Shown: positions 1 through 14,393 of the stretch, piece by piece
How positions within the stretch are numbered: the first letter of the stretch is position 1
Layout of the letters: each line of letters begins with the position of its first letter
From: the human T2T-CHM13v2.0 reference genome, Homo sapiens
DNA length: 64,000 nt
Reading direction: 5' to 3' (one strand)
Assembly (NCBI RefSeq): GCF_009914755.1
Contig: NC_060935.1
Notes under the pieces: generated by a model
What the model was told of the DNA's origin: nothing
What the model saw: only the letters and a program-made list of their open reading frames with translations
Database searches by the model: none
Position numbers and translations under genes: made by a program

Positions 1-429
1 AGACTTTCCTGGAAGTTGTTTATGGAGTTCTTTCACCCCTGCTCTTCCCTTGTGTGTTGGAACTTGGGCCGGCTTGCTCTTATCAAACTTAGTAGGTCGC
101 GTGTTGGTTTCCCAGTTGTAGACTATTATTTACAGTCGGCTGAAACGCTTTTGAATTAGCCACATCTGTACGTTGCGCAGGAACTGAGTTGCGCTTTACA
201 GTACCGAGGTTTTAACACAAGCCTTTGATAATACACTGCAGGTTGACTCATAGGCCAAGTCCTGCCTAGTTCAACTGTGATTAAAAGTTAATGTTTGGGA
301 AGCGATGACTAATTCTAGGATCGCCATTGCTTTTTAATTCTTATTGCGGATATGAACATGGCTGCTATTCCACATACACAATGTTCGATTATTGTGCCAA
401 CTTGATTCAGCATAGAAGTGAAACTGTTT

Positions 430-930
430 ATAATGAGTGTTAACATTCCAATAGGTCCCAGTGGATTTGTTTTGTGTAGGGTTCTCTCTTTTTCTTTCTT
501 TTTTATTTCTTCTTCTTTTTTTTTTTTTTTTTTTTTGAGAACTTGCTTCAGGCTAAACTTCAGCATAGGAACTTTGCCCAAAAGTTAATAGGTTTTCCAA
601 ATACTGCAATGTAGTTAGCCCACTCGGGATGTAACTTGAGTGGAAAGAAGAGTTACCGCCCCCACTCCCATTCCCTCTCCTATTTGCAGGCCTGTTGTAT
701 AGTCTCCTGTCGGAGACCAAAGGGTTTTGGAACTCAGAAAAAATCACTTAACCTGATGACAAAAACCCGGGTTAAGGAGGAGGAAAGAAGGAAAAACAAT
801 TTAGCTGCTTGCCTAAACACTTCAATTTGTCTTAGGTATGCTTTTTTCTCTTACCCCTCGAAGTGGGTTTATGGACTCATTGTGGGTAAATGTATGTTGG
901 CATGCACCCTACAGACTGCACGGTATGTTT
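430..930 (+). promoter_or_regulatory. YAP1: Candidate alternative promoter / non-coding first exon in YAP1 intron 1
   Basis: CpG-retaining shore in 1-770, T-rich tract 489-536, TEAD motif ACATTCCA 443-450, GC box CCGCCCCC 656-663, second CATTCC 669-674, candidate donors TAG|gtatgc (835/836) and ACG|gtatgt (922/923). An intron-1 TSS yielding a Met179-initiated isoform is known from the literature (recalled); exact exon limits cannot be fixed from sequence. Confidence 0.5.
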
Positions 931-2233
931 TCAAAGTATAATACACATAGATTGGATCCCCCATTTTGTGGCATCAGCCACAAAGAATTACAACTGGGAA
1001 GTGTACTTTTTCTTCTAGTAAATAATTTTTACAAGAATTTATATCCAGCAGTTCTAAAATTCATAAACTATTATAGTTTTGTTTGTTTTAAATAAGTTTT
1101 TAACTAAGTGTTTTGCATCTGTAAATTCGACTTTTATTTCTCCTAATGATTTCCTAAATCATACTTATTCTGATGGGAAACTCAAAAAGGTGTATCACTT
1201 TAAGGCATTAATGACTCTACTGAGTCCTTCCAGTTTCCTTACCTTTGTGAATCTAGGAAATTCTAACTTTTTGATAATCAAACTCTAATGCTAATTAAAA
1301 ATATTTTAAAAACTATGCAAGATTATGAATAGTACAAATCTAGGTTGTAAATACTATTGTTCACAACACAAACTGGTGACTGTAAGTTCTTTCATATACA
1401 TCCATTTTTCTATCATGAAAACTATTTTATAAAGGAGAAAACAGGCATATGGAAGTTAAGATACTTGTTCAGTGTCACACTAGCCAACTTAGACTGGAAC
1501 TCAGATCTTTGGGGTCTGAATGCAGAATTTTTTCTGCTTGTATAGAGTTGTGGATGTGTGTGAGTTCTTAAGTTAAAATTGGACTGATAACATCTTTATC
1601 TTCTACATACAAAGATATAGTTGGGTTTTTTTCATCCTGTTCATTGTAGATGGCTTTTAAGAACATTTGGGCAGTTCAAATTTGTTGCTCTCATTAAAAT
1701 TTGTGTAATTTGTTATGATTTCTTTATTGATGGCATTTTATCATGGTTGGAATAAATGACGAGGGCTTGTTTTTTCTTGAGTTTGACCTAGAAAAAAAAT
1801 TAATTACTTAAAACCTAGTAAAAAATACATATTCTTTGTGTTGTGTTTATACTTAGAACATTTTAGAACTTGGAAAAGCACCCATAACTGCACTGACCTC
1901 TTAAAAATTAGGTTTTAAAATTCACTATTATTTTTGGAATGTTTTATTCATTCAGTACTAGTTGCCCTTACATGTCTAGTGTGGACTAGGGGAAATTCAT
2001 TAGATGGACTGCTCATCAATACAATTACAAACATTTATAAAATTTATATTAAAATTATATAATATTAAAAGTATCCGTTTGAAAACCTGTGTTCTCCAGT
2101 GTCGAATATTAAATGTTGAAATTTTCCTTTGGTACTTAGATATTCGGCTGCAATTAAGCGCTGACTGGGAAATTTAAAGGGACTCAGTTGTGTTTTTTCT
2201 TTTTTAATTTTTCATCTTAATATTCCCTAATAG

Positions 2234-2485
<252 letters not shown>

Positions 2486-4195
2486 TAAGTGAAAATAATG
2501 GTGGGAGACAGTTATCTAAGACAAATATGTATTGGAAAACACAGTAAAGTGGTGTCAAGATACAGAATATCATTTATTTTTATGTTTTATTTAATATTTA
2601 TGTTAAGCTCTGTAGCTCTATCTTCCATATATATGTTTCAGTTTGGTATGACCTAAATACTTTTGTTAGTATGGGTAATATTTTGAAAGCTTTACTGAGT
2701 CTTGGTTCTGAGCCTCTTTATAATCTTTTCTTTTGTGGAAGTTTGGTTATTCTCATTTTGAGCTTGTGCCAAACCTTTTAATTAGCCTAGCACAAAACAG
2801 AAAGAATACCATGAAAATTTTCAAATTCTGGGAATTACAGGGCTAGCAGCGTCTTACAAAATACGTATGGTGCTACTTGTATCTTTTTAAATAAATATTT
2901 TATTGGTAGAGAACTACAAAATAAGTAGGGCTTTTGGGGGAGTCTAATTTTACAGTATTTTAAATTGTGAAATGACAAGCACTACAACTGAAGCTTGATG
3001 TGACTTACCAATATTTCCCCCAAAAAATGTAAAGGGAAATAAAAATTTTTAGGTTTCATATGCAGTCGCTCAGTGGCAAACTTCTTTCAAGCTAGTAGGT
3101 CTTCACAACAGAAACCCTCCTCTCTGGGAAAACAAAAACATGACCGTTGGGTTGTTTATTTATTTTTATTTTTTCAGTCCTTTTGTGTTTAATAAAATGG
3201 CAGAATTACACTAGGCTGAAAAGACATAAATAGAATTTTCTCTCCTCTGATTTTGAAATTACAGATAAGACCTCAATTTTTTTCTGGCTTGTTTGGATCA
3301 AGTATATATTGAAATGTTGACTAAAACTAATTATGATAGACTGAAATTGATGTCTTTAAAAAAGCTCACTTAATAGTGTTTAATCAGGTTGAGATAATAA
3401 AGTGAAAAACAGTGTAAGTTTTGATTCGGATAGGTCTTGACAGTCTACTCCTAAGGCAAATGTAACATTTGTTTATCATACCAGATAACACCATTAAGGA
3501 TGTTTTGTTGTGTGAATCCTAGTATGTGTTTTATATTGATTGTCTTCCAGGGTGGGTTGCTACTTTGTAATGTAAGATAGAAAGTTTTGTGACAGACTTA
3601 CAGAAGAGCAAAGGAAAAGGTTTGATCATGAAAAGTTCGTACAGTTTTTTTTTTGCCCCCTTTCCTGCAACTTTTTCTTTTCTTTTCTTCTTTTTTTTTT
3701 AAAAAAATTCATTTTCTGGTGTCCTGGTATCCATTTCAAAGGATCAGGTTTCAACCAGAACAGTAAAGGGCCTGAGACTGGAAAGTACACACAAGTCTGG
3801 CAAACTCATCTGCATGAGCAAGATCATTTGTTCTCAAGCAGACATCCAAAGTAAATGATTGAAAGAGCTGCTAGCTGTGAAGGATGTGTCTTGAAGGGGA
3901 AGGGAGTGGAAACAAACCAGGTTGTTAGGAAGAAAAAGAAAGGCTGCACTTTTTTGAACCTCTCCCTGCTGGGTCACATGCTGACCTGGGGAGATTGTTA
4001 AACAGCTTAATAGCCTGCTTTCCTTCTTTCTTTGGTTGATGCTGTGGCTAAAAGTATAAGGTTAAAGAGCAACATTTATGCTCTTCTTCTTAGTTCTTTG
4101 TATCTTGTAATAATTGCTTGTAGGTGATACCTGCCTACGATTTCATTATTTTGAATGAATGATCTTTTTTTGAGCTGAAATCAGTATTCTAGATA

Positions 4196-4526
4196 CAGTT
4201 GGCCTTCCGTATCTGTGGGTTCAGCATTCATGGATTCAACCAACCTCTGATTGAAAATATTTGGAAAAAAATTACATCTGTATTGACTAATGTACAAACT
4301 TTTTTCCTTGTCATTATTTCCTAAATAATGTAACAACTATTTAGCCTTTACGTTGTATTAAGTATTATAAGTAATCTAGAGGTGATATAAAGTATATGGG
4401 AGAATATGTATAGGTTATATGCAAATATTATGCCACCTTATATGAAAGACCAGAGCCTCTGTGGATTTTAGTACATGTAGGAGGTCCTGGAACCAATCCT
4501 TGACCACAGATGCTAAGGAATGACTA
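4196..4526 (-). mobile_element. MER2 (TcMar-Tigger MITE), near full length
   Basis: CAGTTGGCCTTCCGTATCTGTGGGTT... and ...GTCCTGGAACCAATCC...GAATGACT match the reverse complement of the MER2 termini and body; TA flank. Confidence 0.85.
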
Positions 4527-6540
4527 TTCATTTTTCAAAGTTTCCAGTGATTCTTCCTTTGTGAAGAAATGTTTCTCTTAAAGGTATTGATATATGTAGA
4601 TGGATTAATGAAGGGTATATACCTTCCAACCCCAGTCACCTCAATTCACCCCTGTCAACTATGGGCCTGTAAGGAAGATAAACCAGGCTAAAATAAATAA
4701 ATCTCAAATTATGTCATAGGAGAAAAGGTTGCAAGGGTAGAGAGATATTTACCCGGAAAAGAAAAAACTGGGAGGAGGAGAGATAAGACATGATTGTTGT
4801 TTCAGTGTTTCTGGGGAACTTTTATGTGGGAGTAGGATTAGTCTTACTATATAAGAAATGTGAGGAATTTTGATTCCATGGAAGAATTTTCTTATATAAA
4901 ACTTTTAAGAACTAGAAGAGTTTTCCTGGACAGGTAAATATTGCTCAATAAATGTAGGTAAAATCATGGTTACTTGGTATCTGTCAGGGATTCTATGGAG
5001 GCCCCTAAACATTGGATGTGGGAGAAGAATGCTGTGGGCTTATAAAATTTTGTATTTTAAAGAGTATCTGCTTTATGAACATTATGCAATTTGGAGAAAA
5101 GTTATGAAATAAGATTATTTCACCTTCTCCAGTTAGCTACTTCCATGATGTTATGGACCGTATAGTTGTTACAACTTCTTTTTGTGTACTGAACAGACAA
5201 ATGAGATTAATATCCTAACCATTAGTCAAAGATGATGATAAACTAAGCTTTTGGTGCCAAGTTTCTGTTGTCAAAGTTCATTTTTATCCTAGTTTTGATG
5301 TTTTAAAATAGGGCTGTCTTTGTAATCAATATTTATATACTTTCCTCTTGTATCTAAAGAGGAGTGTTGTTGTCATCAGATGTAGAATGAAGATTTAAAT
5401 TAGTTGCCTTACACTTGTTTCCGCAATGAAACATTTTATTTTAATGCATCTTTTTAGATATTTGTTGGAACTGACTTTTAAGTTACAAAGTCTATAACTT
5501 ATTGAGATTTATATTTGGCATGAAGAACCTGACTATAAATGGTCCAGACAGGCAAGACGATGTAATTTGAGAAAAAACTTAGAAATGTTAAGAAACAACC
5601 CAGTTGTTGGCCTTGTGACCATAGATGATTGAGTTTTTGAAGTTAGTTGGCCTATCATCTAGTTTCCAGGCAGCATGATTACTGAAAGATTATAAGCAGG
5701 CAATCATTCGTTGTTTTAAAGCCCTCCTTAGGTCAGTGAGATCTTGTGGAGGAGACTCATACCTTACTTTGGCAAGTGATACGGTGGAAGTATGGTGCTA
5801 GTTACATTTATCAGTGGCTTGTTTTCAAGCTCTGGGATGAATGTGAAGTATGTAAACAAGGCTTAGCCATATAATATTTGTTCTACTACATTTACTATTC
5901 AAAACTATTTTCTTTACCATCGTATTGAGCTTTCATTTTAAAAGAATTCATTCTCTTTATGACTCTGAGAGTTATTACCTTCTTCAGCTGTCTTACGGTT
6001 TTCCTACAGGAAATAGTTCTTCAAGTAGTTGGTCAACAACTTCCTGTTTCTTTATAAGCTGCTGAATAACTTCCTGACTCAGTATTCTATAATATCTCTG
6101 GTTTCAAGGAGTGTTTTACTTGCAAGTTTATTTTATTGACTCTGATGCCTTATAACTATTACCATGTTCAAAGATATGTGTTCTTATATATAATGTACCA
6201 TGTAGGACCTTATAATTTGATTTAAGGAATCTGGATCAGTGATTTTAAAAGTTTGTACATTTGCATTGTTTTAATAATGTTCTAATAATTTTTAAAGCAC
6301 AGTTTTGTTTCATTTCCATTGTTTATCATTTTCTGAATAACTGGCCACAATGTTTTTAGTCTGCGAAGATTCAAGGTTTTTTGTGGCTGTGATTTGATTA
6401 AGTTATATTGAGTAGCTTGGTATACAATTTAAAAAGGATATGTTTTTCAGAGATTTTTGACATTGCATGGCATAAAACTACCCATATTCCTATATTAATT
6501 TGCCTTGTAGATGTGATTGATCGCTATACATAGGCTGATT

Positions 6541-6853
<313 letters not shown>

Positions 6854-9140
6854 GACTATGAACATATACAGTGTATGTTGTTATCATATACAGTGTACCT
6901 GGTATTTATACATTGTATACAGAACATATACAGTGTATCTTCATAATAAAGATTATGCCTCTTTAAAAGGAAGTTTCATGAAGAATAAGGCTATACTGTT
7001 TCTTTCTGTATCAAGTATAACCCAGAGTTTCCCTTTAAAACTGAAAAGCTTGTAATTTTGCCATTAAATGTTAAGTTACACACGTGCACATGTATACACA
7101 AACAAAAAACCAGTTCAAATTGCAATCACGAAGTATTTCCCTATTTGAGGGAAGGCCAGTCTCTGCTTGTTTGTCTTGCTATTGAGGCTGAGTGGAGAGA
7201 GAAGATGAAAGTACGCCCTTAGCTCTGGGGGGTGGGGGAGAGCTTACTTCTGCTCAGTGGGTGGGCATCCCAGGGAAGAATGGCACACAGTGCCACAGTG
7301 ATTTAGGGAGAGAACCCTGGAGAAACTGTATTCACCAGTGGCAGAAGAAAAACAGTTGGAAGATAGTAGATGTGACAGAGTAAATAGAACATAGAGATTA
7401 ACATATTCCCTGGGAAAAATAATGGAATTTTTTTAGTGTGAACTAAGAAAGAAGTTCACTAGAACTTCTTTGCATTATTTAATTAATTTGCAGCATCATT
7501 CAAAGAACAGACTGTCACTTGGTGTGTTTAAAAATTATGATTCTTAGTTCTAGAAAGAATTCTAGAACTATCTCTGGAAGTTTAAATGTAGCAGACTCAA
7601 TTGACTGCAAGGTGGTAGGCTAATTTTCTTTTTAAAGTCACATTTAAAAAAAAATACCCTTTCCTAAAGCTTTATCTTAGCCATTAAAAAAAAACCCAAA
7701 CATCTAGATAGCATTTAAATAGTTGAAACTTGGAAAAAAAAAAAACCCAGGTTTTTACAACCCTAAAATAAGTCCTCTTTAGTTATGTAGAGAAATATTT
7801 TACTTTGTAGTTAGAAAAATAATGTGAATTCACAGCTTAAAATACTCAGGGTATCATGACTCTGCATTGCCTTGTACCTTAAGGCTTTGAGGGGAGGTAA
7901 ACTCTAAACTGTTTTATTGCCAAAATATATATAGAAATTTAAGCTTAGGACCAATCAAAGTGAAGTCATTTTAAAAATCAGTTGCTAAGATTTAAGATTA
8001 TTCAAACTTAATGCTACCCTCTGTAATAGCATAATTTAGCCATTAATTGTGGCTTGAAAGTTTTTAATAATAGCTGAGTAGCATTGTATAAAGGGAGGTC
8101 TTAAAGAGCTGTGTCGTTCTATAACTGTGGTTACTAGGTGATGCACTTCTTACAAAAAGGGCTTCTGATTCTAGGATTAATCAGAACTACAAGCCATGAA
8201 AGGGACATTGCCGTTTCTATGAAGAAGAATTGCTTCATGGTTCTGGTTGCTCAAGTGCTGTAGCACCAAGTTTCCTGGGAACAAGTACTGCCACCGTGGA
8301 AGCACTTTTATTTACGTAGGGCTTGACCCCTTCTAAATGCAAACAAAGAAGTTTGGTTTAAATCACAGCAGTCCTCCCCACCTCCCCTTTAATATTCTAG
8401 ACAAGGAAAATGGTCAGTATTTAATCCTCATTTTGCTCCTAGCATGAGAAGAATCATAATTTTTAAACACACCAACCAAGTGATAGTCTGTTGTTTCTTT
8501 GAATGATGTTGCAAATTAATAAAATAGTGCAAATGGCAGTATCTATTATTTGGGTTTTCTTCTACCAGATATTTTCAGTGCTTTATTTGTGGTTAGTGCC
8601 ATTACTTCATGTGCTGTCACTTTAATTTGTCTCTCTATCTCTTTATGGGATGTTAGTCACTCGACTATCAAGTTCTTCAGCAGGATTCTCAGTTGGGGGT
8701 GGGTGAGGGGACATTTTATTAAAAGCTCCTTCCTTTGTCTTCTTCCAATTGATTGCTTAACCTAAAGGGAGAGGAGTTCTGTTTGTTTTTAAAGTAAGGT
8801 ATTTATTTGGCCAGTAAGTATGTTTAGAGAGTTGATACTTGCATGAAAATTGCTGCAGATTTGATTTGGGATTTGGAGTAAAGATAGTGTGCTTGTTAAA
8901 GTGTTACTGTGTGCTTTGACAAAATGGAATGTAGTATAGAAAGTTGCTTGAAATTCAACTTCTCGTATATCCTGAACTGACTAATAAGGAGCAGGCTTTT
9001 GGGATAAAAAGTACATACGCTGCCACCTAGGAGGTGAAGCAAGATGTGGATTTTTTTTTCCTGTATATGGAAATAGATGTGGGGGTTCTTTTGTTTTATA
9101 TTTATAAAACAGTCCTCCCTCACTCTTATTCCTTCATGTG

Positions 9141-9842
9141 CGGTAGTCCCTCCCCACCATCCATGAGTTTCCTTTCCAAAGTTTCAGTTACCTGCCATCA
9201 CTGTGGTGTAAAAATATTAAAATGGAGAATTCCAGAAATAATTCATGGCCAGCCGTCGTAGCTCACGTCTGTAATCCCAGCACTTTGAGAGGCTGAGGTG
9301 GGCATATCCTTTGAGCCCAGGAGTTGAAGACCAGCCTGGGCAATGTAGCAAGATCTCATCTCTATTAAAAATACAAAAAAATTAGCCGAGCATGGTGGCA
9401 CCTGCCTGTAGTCCCAGCTACTTGGGAGGCTGAAGTGGGAGAATCACCTGAGCCTGGGAAGTCGAGGCTGCAGTGATTGTGCCACTGCACTTCAGCCCAG
9501 CCTGGGCAATGGGAGTGAGACCTTGTCTCAAAAAAAAAAAAAAACTAAAAACAGAAAACCAGTTCATAAGTTTTAAATTGCAGTGTTCTGAGTAGCGTGA
9601 TGCAATCCTGCAATCTTGTGCTGTCCAGTCTGGAATGTGAATCCTCTCTTTGGTCAATGCATCCATACTGTCTATGCTACCTCCCATGCCACCACCCCAT
9701 TGGTCACTTAGTAGCCACCTCAGTTGTCAGATCCAAAGACTGTAGTATATATATAGGATATAGGGTTGGGTACTATCTGCTGTTTCAAGCATCCACTGTG
9801 GGGCTTGGATCATTTCCCCTGAGGATAAGTGGGGGACTGCTG
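9141..9842 (+). mobile_element. MER44A-like Tigger MITE interrupted by an Alu
   Basis: Termini CGGTAGTCCC... and ...GGATAAGTGGGGGACTGCTG; internal TTCATAAGTTTTAAATTGC, GTCACTTAGTAGCC and GGTACTATCTGC motifs. Confidence 0.8.
9247..9551 (+). mobile_element. Alu (J-like) inserted in MER44A
   Basis: Dimeric Alu with A tail; degenerate TSD agaaa...ttcat on both sides. Confidence 0.9.
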
Positions 9843-9879
9843 CCTCTGATTTTAGGCATTTCTTTTAATAAGGTATATT

Positions 9880-10158
9880 ATTTTTTTGTATTTGTTTGGT
9901 TTATTTTGAGACAGTCTTAACTCTGTCACCCAGACTTGGAGTGCAGTTGCATGATCACTGCTCACAGCAGCTTCTACATCCCAGGCTTGTGTGATCCTCC
10001 CACCTGAGCCTCCTGAGTAGCTGGGACTACAGGCATCCACCACCATGCCTGGCTAATTTTTAAATTTTTTGTAGAGACCAGGTTTTACCATGTTGCCCAG
10101 GCTGGTCTCAAACTCCTGGACTCAGGTGAACCTTAGGCATGAACCACCACACCTGGCC
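9880..10158 (-). mobile_element. Alu (J-like), internal deletion
   Basis: T-rich tail, GAGACAGTC..., ends CACCACACCTGGCC. Confidence 0.9.
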
Positions 10159-10229
10159 AGGCATATGGTTTTTGTTATAAAACTAACATTTATTAGAGAG
10201 AATCAGAAAATTCAGGAAAAGAGAAAGGG

Positions 10230-10540
10230 GGCCTGGCGCAGTGGCTCATGCCTGTAATCCTAGCCTTTTGGGAGGCTAAGGCAGGCAGATAACTTGAGGG
10301 TAGGAGTTCAAGACCAGCCTGGCCAACAGTGAAAACCGATCTCTACTAAAAATAGAAGGAAAAAAAATGGGCGTGGTAGCCCATGCCTGTAATCCCAGCT
10401 ACTCCTTTTGGGAGGCTGAGGCATGAGAATCGTTTGAGCTCAGGAGGCAGAGGTTGCAGTGAGCCAACATCACGCCACTGCACTACAGCCTGGGCAACAG
10501 AGCCAGACTCTGTCTCAAAAAAAAAAAAGAAGGAAAGAAA
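10230..10540 (+). mobile_element. Alu (S-like)
   Basis: GGCCTGGCGCAGTGGCTCATGCCTGTAATCC to A-rich tail. Confidence 0.92.
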
Positions 10541-10636
10541 ACGGAAGGAAGCACCAGATTCTACCAGTGAGAGGTGTTTGAAGAACCTTGTTTTCATAGC
10601 CTGTGTGTAAACGTATATTTTGAAATTTAATTTTTA

Positions 10637-11007
<371 letters not shown>

Positions 11008-11669
11008 GCAAAGAAAAGAGCAATGACCCTCTTTTCTTTATCTCTGGCTTGCAGCTTGCATTCTTCAGAGGCAAGCACTTTCCACTCCTTCTAGGTGTTT
11101 TTTCCGCTGGTACTTTTAAAAATTCCATATTTATAAAATGTGTTACATTGCTATTTCTTGAATTTTCATCACCCCTCAAAATCCTTTTCTTTAATCCTCC
11201 CATTATAATGACTATAATTGTTTTGTTAAATATTTTTACGTTATGACAATTCATGTTGTGCCTACAGCAGAGTCATATAATGTACTATGATTTTCTGGAA
11301 AATTCTGTATTTCCTTGCCTGGCCAACTGTGATTTTGTTTTTGCCGTGATTTTTTGTTTTTATTTCTGTTGCTTTTTGCCCACCTTGGAGCTATCCTTAG
11401 AGTCTTTTGTTTTCCTGCTCTGTGCTAGACTTGTTGCTTCAGAGTTGTCATGTTAGGATGTGCCTTGGCTTTCATCCTGGGGAGTTTCTGAATCACTCTT
11501 ATGGGTTGGGTACCCAATTTTTCTCTTTCTTTATTTGCTCACTCTTTGAGTTTGTTCATCCCCTAGAAATTTGCAGAAGAAAGGGGTACATGGGAGGTAG
11601 CTGTGTTGAGATCTCTTGTCTCTAAAACTATCTTTCTCTGTTAACATTTAGTGGGCAGTTTGGTTGTAG

Positions 11670-12018
<349 letters not shown>

Positions 12019-12025
12019 ACTCCAT

Positions 12026-12343
12026 TTTCTTTTTCTTTTTTTTTTGTTTTTTTGTTTTTTTGAGATGGAGTCTTGCTTTGTCACCCAGGCTGGAGTGCAG
12101 GGGTGTGATCTCGGCTCATCGCAATCTCTGGCTCCTGGGTTCAAGCAATTCTCCTGCCTTAGCCTCCTGAGTAGCCGGGATTACAGGCGTGTGCCACCAT
12201 GCCCCAGCTAATTTTTGTATTTTTAGTAGAGGCGGGGTTTCACCATGTTGGCCAGGTTGGTCTCGAACTCCTGACCTCAAGTGATCTGCCTGCCTCAGCC
12301 TCCCAAAGTGCTGGGATTACAGGCATGAGCTGCTGCGCCCGGC
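12026..12343 (-). mobile_element. Alu (Sx-like)
   Basis: Full dimer; TSD actccattttctt at 12019 and 12344. Confidence 0.93.
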
Positions 12344-12811
12344 ACTCCATTTTCTTCTAGCTTCCAGTTTGCTAATTGAGTGTTTGCTTTCCTTGGGGAT
12401 TTTAGTATTTTGTTCTTTATATTGGGGGTCTGAAATTTCATGATGTCTGTTGATATGCTCTTTTAAAATTCATTGTCAACAATGCCTAGTCATGTATCAG
12501 TTCATGTAAAGAAACTCGGTCTTCAATATGGATGATGCCCCTCAAGATTTTGCAGTACAGTTGCCCTAAAGTACAATTTCCAGGACTGTCTTTTCAGGCA
12601 TGGAATCTTTCAGTCCTGGAAAACATTTCTTTCATTAGTTCCCGGGTAATTTCTTCCAGCCTGTTTTATCTGTTATTTTTTTTCTGGAATTCTTGCTAGT
12701 CAGGATAACTGTTTTAATTTTCTTATCTTATCCCACTATTTTCTTTCACTTAGCATTTTGTTATGTTTTCTGGGAGATCCCTTCAACTTTAACTTTTAAT
12801 TTTTCTGTTGA

Positions 12812-13791
<980 letters not shown>

Positions 13792-14393
13792 TGAGTCTTT
13801 TCTGAGCTCATTGTTTATTATTTTTAATAACATGCTGTTCTTATTTTATGGTTGTAGTAATATAATATCTCCCTTAGGATATTATACTGTTTCTTTTTAT
13901 ATTTTGTGCTGATGCCTTCATTGTCTAGGTAGGCTTCATTGGAGAGTAATACAACAGGAGCCAAGCCCGGAAGTTGCAGGGACCCCTGAATGCCACTGTC
14001 TTAGTAATTTCCTCTTTTAGCAGCCACTATCTCTAGCTAAGTCTGCCAGTCTGGAGAGCACCAGTGGTGATGGGAGTTAGGACTGAATACCAGTGTTCTT
14101 GGGCTTGACAATGTGGGGCCTCATCCCTGCTCTCAGCTATGTCATGTGTTTGAATCCAGAGTCTCCAGGTCTGTTTCTCTGAAATCTGAATAATCGATTT
14201 CCTCCTTGGGCCAAGCAGAGAGGTATGCAGTAGGTTTTTAAGAAGTTGTATGTAAGCTGAATTTTTGTGAATCCAGTTTATAATTACAGGTTGACTATAG
14301 GAAGTTGCCAATTTTCTAAGCCCAAAACAGTGACTATTAGCAATTTTTTATGATTTGGTTTAAACCTTACAAAATCACTTTTTACTGAATCCT

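Noticed and set aside
7227-7275. Possible G-quadruplex
   Set aside because: Needs a 20-nt loop to use four G3 tracts; weak candidate.
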